Of a stretch of 64,000 bases of DNA, positions 56,247 through 64,000 are shown piece by piece. Numbering within the stretch: the stretch's first letter is position 1; every line of letters begins with the position of its first letter. The stretch lies in assembly GCA_002269645.1 (NCBI GenBank), contig NIVC01000169.1, forward strand, positions 711,308 through 775,307, given 5' to 3'. Under the pieces are notes generated by a model. The model did not search any database and was not told the origin of the DNA. It saw only the letters and a list, made by a program, of their open reading frames with translations. Made by a program: the position numbers and the translations under genes. The stretch is from Macrostomum lignano. Its lineage: Eukaryota.

Positions 56247-56923
56247 AAGTAACCGCCGGCAAATCCATCACTGTAGAAGTCATAACCAATGTTCCGCCCC
56301 TCATGCTGATGTCCGAACACTGCAGATGAATGTCCGAATGCTGCAGAAGTCACGTGACTGGCCTGGCGCTGCTGCTGCTGAGGTGGCGGAGGCGGCGGCG
56401 GGGGCGTCGGCAGCGGCAGTGACGGCGGGTGTGGCGGTTCCGCCGATCCCTCCCGATCCTGCGCGGCCAGCAGCAGCCGCGGGTTGACCTGCAGCGACCC
56501 CGCAACCAGATTGGCGGTTCCCTGCGACAAGCCGTCCGTCAGAGCTCTGGCAAAGGCCAGCGGGTCCGGCTGCTCGCCCCGCCTCAGAATGTCGCTGAGT
56601 GCCGCGATGTAGTTCCTGGACAGTCTCAGAGTCTCGATCTTGCTCAGCTTTTGAGACTGCGAGAAGCAGGGGATGTACTGGCGCAGGTTGTCGAGCGCCT
56701 CGTTTAGGCCGTGCATTCGACTGCGTTCGCGTGCGTTCGCTCGAACCCGCCGGAGCTTCAGCTTGGCCACTCGCTCTGGCGTCATCTGCTTCTTCTTGGG
56801 GCCGCGCTTCTTTGGCACCTTGCCAGAGGCGGTCTGGGCCGCTGACGGGTCGGCTGCTGTGCCGGAGCTTCCAGCTTCTGCGGACTGCTCACACTTCATC
56901 GAGCTGGCGGTGGCTGTTGTCAT
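56021..56923 (-). CDS. neuroD: NeuroD bHLH transcription factor
   Basis: [11 protein letters not shown]...[25 protein letters not shown]...[24 protein letters not shown], plus the NeuroD-specific [18 protein letters not shown]. An in-frame acceptor (CCCGCAG|) at 56933/56932 suggests an upstream exon. Confidence 0.95.
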
Positions 56924-56969
56924 GCGGCTTGCCTGCGGGATCAGGGGGTGATGAAGAAATGCAATTTGG

Positions 56970-57470
56970 GATGTTGGAGATCTGGGAATTTGGGATCTGG
57001 GAATTGGGGATGTGGGAGCTGGGAATCTGAGAGGTGGGGATCTGGGAGTTAGGGATATGGGACTTGGGGATCTGGGAGTTGGGAATCTGAGAGGTGGGGA
57101 TCTGGGAATTGGGGATCTGGGAATTGGGGATCATGGAAGTTGAGGATCTGGGAGTTGGGGATCTGAGAGTTGGGGATCTGGGAGTTGGGATCTGGGAGTT
57201 GGGGATCTGGGAGTTGGGGATCGTGGGAGCTGGGGATCTGGGAGTTGGGGATCTGGGAGTTGGGGATCGTGGGAGTTGGGGATCTGGGAGTTGGGGATCT
57301 GGGAGTTGGGGATCTGGGAGTTGAGGATTTGGGACTTGGGGATCTGGGAGGTGGGGATCTGGGAGTTGGGGATCTGGGAGTTGGGGATCTGGGAGTTGGG
57401 GATCTGGGAGTTGGGGATCTGGGAGTTGGGGATCTGGGAGTTGGGGATCTGGGAGTTGGGGATCTGGGAC
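56970..57470. repeat. 15-bp minisatellite upstream of the NeuroD coding exon (probably intronic)
   Basis: Unit GGGGATCTGGGAGTT. Confidence 0.93.
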
Positions 57471-59711
57471 CTGCGAGATCTGTAGAATTAGGTCAAAGGT
57501 AAGACAAGAATAGGGGATCGTGAGAGTCGAGCATTGGACTGAGTTGAGGGAGGTCATGAGGGTGTTTTACAAGGAAGCCAAGTTTTTATATGAATTTATG
57601 ATGTCAAATACGCTTTCAACTGTATGATTGCTCTCTTCATCATACTTTATTATTTTTATGCTCAACTTAAAAAAAGTGCAAAAGTTCAATTAGGAGTGAA
57701 GGACCCTGGACTTGACTGCACCCGAAGTGTTTTATCAATTGTCCCTTTGTCTCATTTTTATGCTTTGCCGGCATATAAATAGCCCTATTAATGGGGGGGG
57801 GGCGCTGTCCTCATCTGACTCGAGATCCTATAGCAGATAAGCAACAGCTTTTATAAACACACGGCTCATGGACACTTAAAATTGTAAATATGGATTGGAA
57901 ACCCAGCTCTGAATTATTAGAAGGACGTTGGACTTTACTCGACCGATTTCGTCTATGGCAAAACTCCATTTTCTAGAACATACATTGCTTTTGTCAGCCA
58001 AGTCGAGAATTGCCATTTTGGCGCCAGTAGATTCGGTTTTGGCCATAGACATATAGACAGGGACCGAAAAAGGCAGCCAAGTTGATAGTTTGGCCATAGA
58101 CATCAGCACAAAGAAGGATGCCCTCTCAGACCCACTCTCTCTCTCTTTTGAGCTTTGGGCCAAAAGCAGAAGAGCAAAAAGCAGAGGAGGGAGAGTCTGA
58201 CACTATAAGAAATCCGTGCGTGCTGTAAAGTGATAAAAAATATCCGGCCAAGGCCAGCAAGAAGACGAAAAAGAAGAGAAAGGCAGAGCATATATGCAGG
58301 TAATTATTTCTTTATTGCCGAAGTGAAACTGGCAGACTTCTTCTAGAATTAACGTGTGAGGAAACTGGCTGAGTTGATCATTAAAAACTGGAGAGGCGGG
58401 CACTTGTGCGATCACACATCTGTCTCTCTTTCTGCTCGTCTCCGCGATGAAGTGAAAGAAGATTCCTACGCGGAGGCTGGAGCTCTGAAGTTAACAGCTT
58501 TTAACTTCATTACCGGCCCTTATATGTGCGCCAGAATCTTCAACTGCTGCTCATAAAACATGAATGAATGCCCTCTATATCTATCTCTCCCTGGTCTCCT
58601 CGAGGCTCTTGAAGTATGTTGAGAAAAATTACTTCGAATAGTCTTTATAGCGAGTGCCTTGCCTGCAACTGAAGTTTTCTTGTAACAGAATTTCCCTAAG
58701 CAAAGTTGCGCAAGAAGGTCTTCAATCGAATAGTAAGAAGTTTTGCCGGGGGGGGAGGGGCTTACTGTAACTTCTGGACTTCTTTTGGTTACGAGTATCA
58801 GACAGTACCGTTTTTGACTTGCCTGATTTAATATGTGGCTCACTAACTGATAAAAATAAAAATAAAAATTTTAGCGACAGATGTCACGCTGATAACAAAC
58901 TTGTCCGCCAGCTAAAGTAAGAACTCAAACTGGGTTGAGCACTTCAGGTGTCTGCTCAAATCATGTACATGCATAGAACGAAGATAGCTGAAAAATGTGG
59001 ACAAACAAATCACAAAACTCATTTCTGCTTTTTCAGACTCAGAATATTAAAAACCAACAGTTAAAATACTCCGACCCTGATAGATCAAAGTAAAGAATAA
59101 CCAAAAATTTGATTTCAAAAATCTTTAACCAGCAATCAATCAAAGTTGGCTACACTTTGCTCGATTTGAAAAAAAATTTTGCGACAGACGGTCGTGGAGC
59201 TGCCTTGTTGGTCCAGGGGACCTCCATTCGGGGAAATATTTGAGAATCGAAATAGGAGCACGAATCTTGCCGTCAATTCTCCCTACCTGGCTATGCTCCC
59301 TCCCCCTTGGGGTCTGTGCTATAATTTGAGCACAGGTCAAGCTTTTAATGTTTAACTGCCGGCTAAAATATAATAAATGGGTCATGGGCGGTCTGTCTGT
59401 GACCATTAGGGCAGTAGGGGACAGGTTTAAATTCCACTGAATCCCAGGTAACGCTTTGAGAATTATCCTCGATTCTATAAAATGAAAGACTTAAAATTAT
59501 GCCGCTAGGGGGAACTAAGCAATGCATAAATGGAAGCTTATGGGGAATATTGCCATAGCGATGTTTAATGGTAAATGCCTGGTCTCTTGGCAAACAGATT
59601 ATAAAAGCTTCAGTGCTCCCGGGGCTTAGGGATCGATTGAAATTGGATGACGGGATTAAAATTGCTAGCAAAGGAATTTTGGGGTTCAATGCGGAGCACC
59701 CTTGAGTTGAC

Positions 59712-60326
<615 letters not shown>

Positions 60327-61124
60327 CGCTTCAGACATCGCCCCAGACTTCAGACAACGCAGGTCTCACAAAACCGGACAATCACCGAGTTTGGCATCCT
60401 CCCATTTTGCTCGTTCCGCATCACTGCTTCAGCTTCTAAATAATTGGGCCCTCTATATACAATGCTTGCTGTATATGCATCATACTCGTAGTTATAGTGT
60501 TTTTTATATTTATAATATGTCCGGTTGGTAGAGCAGCTGAGAGACCGTTAAGCAAAACCCGCGATTACACATATATATATATATATTGATATATATATAG
60601 TATATGCATATAACATACCAATGCAACATAGAGGATTGCGGAACCACAGACAGGACCCCACACCTCACGAGACAACAACAGGTATATCCTAAGGCTGCGC
60701 TGCAGTCCCGCGGCCACTGCCCCCACCCACCCCCCCCCTCGAACTTGAACAATATCTATTCCCTCCATCGGAGCATAACTTCTCAAAAAACTGGAACTGC
60801 ATGACTTGACTGTAATAAATATTCCTACACTAATAAACTGGTCCAGCCCCAGCCGTTGTCATAAAACTAGATTTATCTAGTAACTTGTTGTAAAGCGCGA
60901 TGATGCTCATTATAACAAGTCCATTCTTATTTGTCTTGTCTTATATTTGTCTGTGTTCAGCGATTTGGCTCGCGACTCTGAGACTGTGTGACCTTCAGAA
61001 GTCGTCGGGATTCGGGGCATTGTATATATTTTGAGAAAAATAGTTTAACCGCAAATTATATAGGTATAAGGACTTAAGAAACTTATATTGGACCAGTCTG
61101 AGAACCTAAAGAGCATCTGAGGAT

Positions 61125-61558
61125 CTGAGAGGCTGGCCCAGCAACTGAGGATCTGGAAGGCTGGCCCAGCACCTGAGGATCTGGGAAGCAGTGGCCTAAC
61201 AACTGAGGATCTGGGAGGCTGGCCCAGCAACTGAGGATCTGGGAGGCTGGCCCAGCAACTGAGGATCTGAGAGGCTAGCCCAGCAACTGAGGATCTGGGA
61301 AGCAGTGGCCTAACAACTGAGGATCTGGGAGGCTGGCCCAGCAACTGAGGATCTGAGAGGCTGGCCCAGCACCTGAGGATCTGGGAGGCTGGCCCAGCAA
61401 CTGAGGATCTGGGAAGCAGTGGCCTAACAACTGAGGATCTGGGAGGCTGGCCCAGCAACTGAGGATCTGGGAGGCTGGCCCAACAACTGAGGATCTGGGA
61501 GGCTGGCCCAGCAACTGAGGATCTGGGAGGCTGGCCCAGCAACTGAGGATCTGGGAGG
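61125..61558. repeat. 28-bp minisatellite with a periodic variant unit
   Basis: Unit GAGGATCTGGGAGGCTGGCCCAGCAACT; variant GGAAGCAGTGGCCTAACAAC. Confidence 0.93.
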
Positions 61559-61907
61559 GCGTTTGTGACCCAAATATTTCAAAGCTTAGCTAGAGATAAA
61601 GATGACAAACAATCAGTTACGAATTCTTTTAACTAATAGTAATTGCGCTCACCTTTCTTTCCAAAGAGTTTTAACTTCAGTGTCGCCGAGCGGCTGAACA
61701 GCCTCACGAAATTTACTATTGATGCAGCAGATATTAAGCCAATTATTTACTCAAGGTTGGAATTTGAGAAGCTGTGCTAAGTGTTACCTGGTATATCGGC
61801 AGTTCTTCATCCCTGTGGGGTAGACTTTTATCCCAGAAGCGGGGATGTTGGGGTCAGGCGGAGCGGCTCAGTCGGATTGCTCAAAATTTTGCCGCCACCC
61901 GCGAGTT

Positions 61908-61960
61908 GACAGCCAATGAGATTCAATTTGAGCAGCGGATTGAGCAGCCAATGAGAATCC
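61908..61960. promoter_or_regulatory. Tandem CCAAT (NF-Y-like) boxes
   Basis: CAGCCAATGAGA occurs twice, about 35 nt apart. The target gene is unknown. Confidence 0.35.
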
Positions 61961-62027
61961 ATTTGTTGTTAGCTTCAGAGTTTGGTAATTGAGTTCGAAT
62001 TCTCCTCGTATTGCTTCTCGTGGCGCC

Positions 62028-62548
62028 TCTGTCTATACTATGGCGCCCCTGTCTATCCTATGGCGCTTCTGTCTATCCTATGGCGCCTCTGTCTATTCTA
62101 TGACGCCCCTGTCTATTCTATGACGCCCCTGTCTATCCTATGGCGCCTCTGTCTATTCTATGACGCCTCTGTCTATTCTATGACGCCCCTGTCTATTCTA
62201 TGACGCCCCTGTCTATCCTATGGCGCCTCTGTCTATTCTATGACGCCCCTGTCTATCCTATGGCGCCTCTGTCTATTCTATGACGCCCCTGTCTAGCCTA
62301 TGACGCCCCTGTCTATCCTATGGCGCCTCTGTCTAGCCTATGACGCCCCTGTCTATCCTATGGCGCCTCTGTCTATCCTATGGCGCCCCTGTCTATCTTA
62401 TGGCGCCTCTGTCTATCCTATGGCGCCCCTGTCTATTCTATGACGCCCCTGTCTATCCTATGACGCCCCTGTTTATCCTATGACGCCCCTGTTTATCCTA
62501 TGACGCCACTGTCTATCCTATGGCGCCTCTGTCTATCCTATGACGCCT
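62028..62548. repeat. 20-bp minisatellite (~26 copies)
   Basis: Units TATGGCGCCTCTGTCTATCC / TATGACGCCCCTGTCTATTC. Confidence 0.95.
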
Positions 62549-63529
62549 AGGCACACACCATGCATTGGCTAAAATCAATAATCCGCGCAACTCTGATGAA
62601 AATTAATTATCAGATAATATTGGATAAAACCATATCAATATGCAAATCCACGCCACTGCAACAGGTGTGCCTGCAGTTGTTACACCTGTCAATGTGTCTT
62701 CACCCACATCTGAGATAATTTCAACACTTCTGCCTGCTTTGTCAAATAAATTGATTCAATATTATTATAATTAAGCATTCAAAAGGGCGCATTATGCTTA
62801 ATCACGTTTATCTGAGGCCTGTCGCTTCAACGGATTAACTGAGTCGGAATAATCCAAAAAAGTTGCTATATGACTAAAATAGTCTATCGCATTAGCATAT
62901 CAGCACCCACTTAGATGCTGCAGTTGCAGGGAAATCTCAGTTTTCATAAATCTTTAAACATTGCCTTTAAAACAATTCTATTTTATTATATAGTCATTCG
63001 AATATACTTATAATGGTCCTTTGTATAATGAGCTGTTTATACTCAGGGAGAAAGTCACTAGAAGAGTGAAGTTGTTCAAGAAAACTAAAACTCCCTGCCA
63101 TTGTCAAGCATCGATTAGTTGAAGTGGGTCAATTACTAATTGTTTCAAGCATTTTAAACGTTACATTTATCTTTTTTAATTGCGCAAACTACATACTTGA
63201 GAACAGCCAAAGTCGATAGGACGCAAACTCTTGACATAATTTGAATGACACAGTTTGGACCTACACAAATGTCAACCCTACGGGTAGCTTTTTCAGATTC
63301 TTTCCCGCCCTGTGGGCAAACAGTTGTGCCAAAAATTAGGGATTGTTTTTTAGGCTATTTGGCGCCACAATCATTTGGAAATCGGCGCCAACCAAAATTC
63401 AAATCAGGCTTTCAGAGGAGCATCAAGGATATCAGTGATGGAAAGAGATGAGATAATAATTACCGAATTTATGATAACTTTCTGAGCTTGCGTGGGAACT
63501 TGACTTAAAATTGACTCAGCTAGACTAGA

Positions 63530-64000
63530 GGTGAGAGCTGCTGGGCCGTAGCCCCAAACCCAACAGCCGGGCCAAGAGTGGCGACCGGGGGTGGCTTAAG
63601 CCCTTACCGGCCCGACCGCTAGCATCCGTGAAACTCCCCGGCTCCCGGCTTGGAAAACCAGAGGCCGAACCAAAGCACCATCAGCGCAGTGCTACACTTG
63701 GCACTTGAGGGGGACAAGAGGCTGTCTCTGGAGCCTCCGGACTGCCGCATACCCTGTACGGTCAGAGGTGATACCTGCTCCTCAGAGCCGGTGCCAGAGG
63801 TACCTGATAGGCACAGTTCACTTCCGGACGGAAACCGTACCCAAATCGGCCAAGACAGAAGCCGAGGCCACGGATGGTTGCCGCCGCCGGAGCCCAGTCA
63901 GTCCAGCAGCCCTAGAGCTGCCTTGAACACATGCGGGACGTGAACCCCTGGGTCAGCTTGGAGTCAGCTTGAAGAGAGCTCTCCTGCCATTCCTGCACCA
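63530..64000 (+). other. GC-rich segment, possibly the 5' region of a non-LTR retrotransposon or an exon, cut by the window end
   Basis: Abrupt compositional shift. No recognisable domain. Confidence 0.25.

Noticed and set aside
63535-63680. HDV-like ribozyme at a putative LINE 5' end (AGCCGGG/CCCGGCT pairing); also CTGATGAG at 43751 as a hammerhead
   Set aside because: I could not build the P2/P3/P1.1 helices, and there is no GAAA partner on the same strand for the hammerhead. A covariance-model search would be needed.

Overview
Eukaryotic animal genomic DNA. GC-rich exons, short GT-AG introns packed with locus-private minisatellites, (GACA)n/(GATA)n tracts and TTAGGG repeats suggest a flatworm such as Macrostomum; this is an inference, not a database match. 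Eight host genes were reconstructed by hand from splice signals. In order: a 5'-partial divergent TRP-type channel (+), an intronless secreted PAN/Apple + LamG-like protein (+), an SLC7 cationic amino-acid transporter (-, 5 exons), CHORDC1 (-, 3 exons), a UMP-CMP kinase (-, 2 exons), a Crypton-derived DUF3504 tyrosine-recombinase-fold gene (+) lacking most catalytic residues and split by a 14.6-kb intron, a probably GPI-anchored LRR-Ig protein (+, 7 exons) and NeuroD (-). Mobile DNA includes a young full-length Ty3/Gypsy (Mag-like) LTR element whose RT is disabled by a templated tandem insertion, an inverted pair of tRNA-derived CORE-like SINEs, a 13.3-kb head-to-tail array of non-autonomous Helitron-like units carrying satellites and telomeric repeats, and a 70-bp MITE. 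Most long ORFs in the supplied track are translations of tandem repeats. The highlights are the domesticated recombinase gene spanning the Helitron array, a snapshot of minisatellite birth inside the retrotransposon RT, and complementary (GACA)n/(TGTC)n introns bracketing exons 2-6 of the LRR gene.
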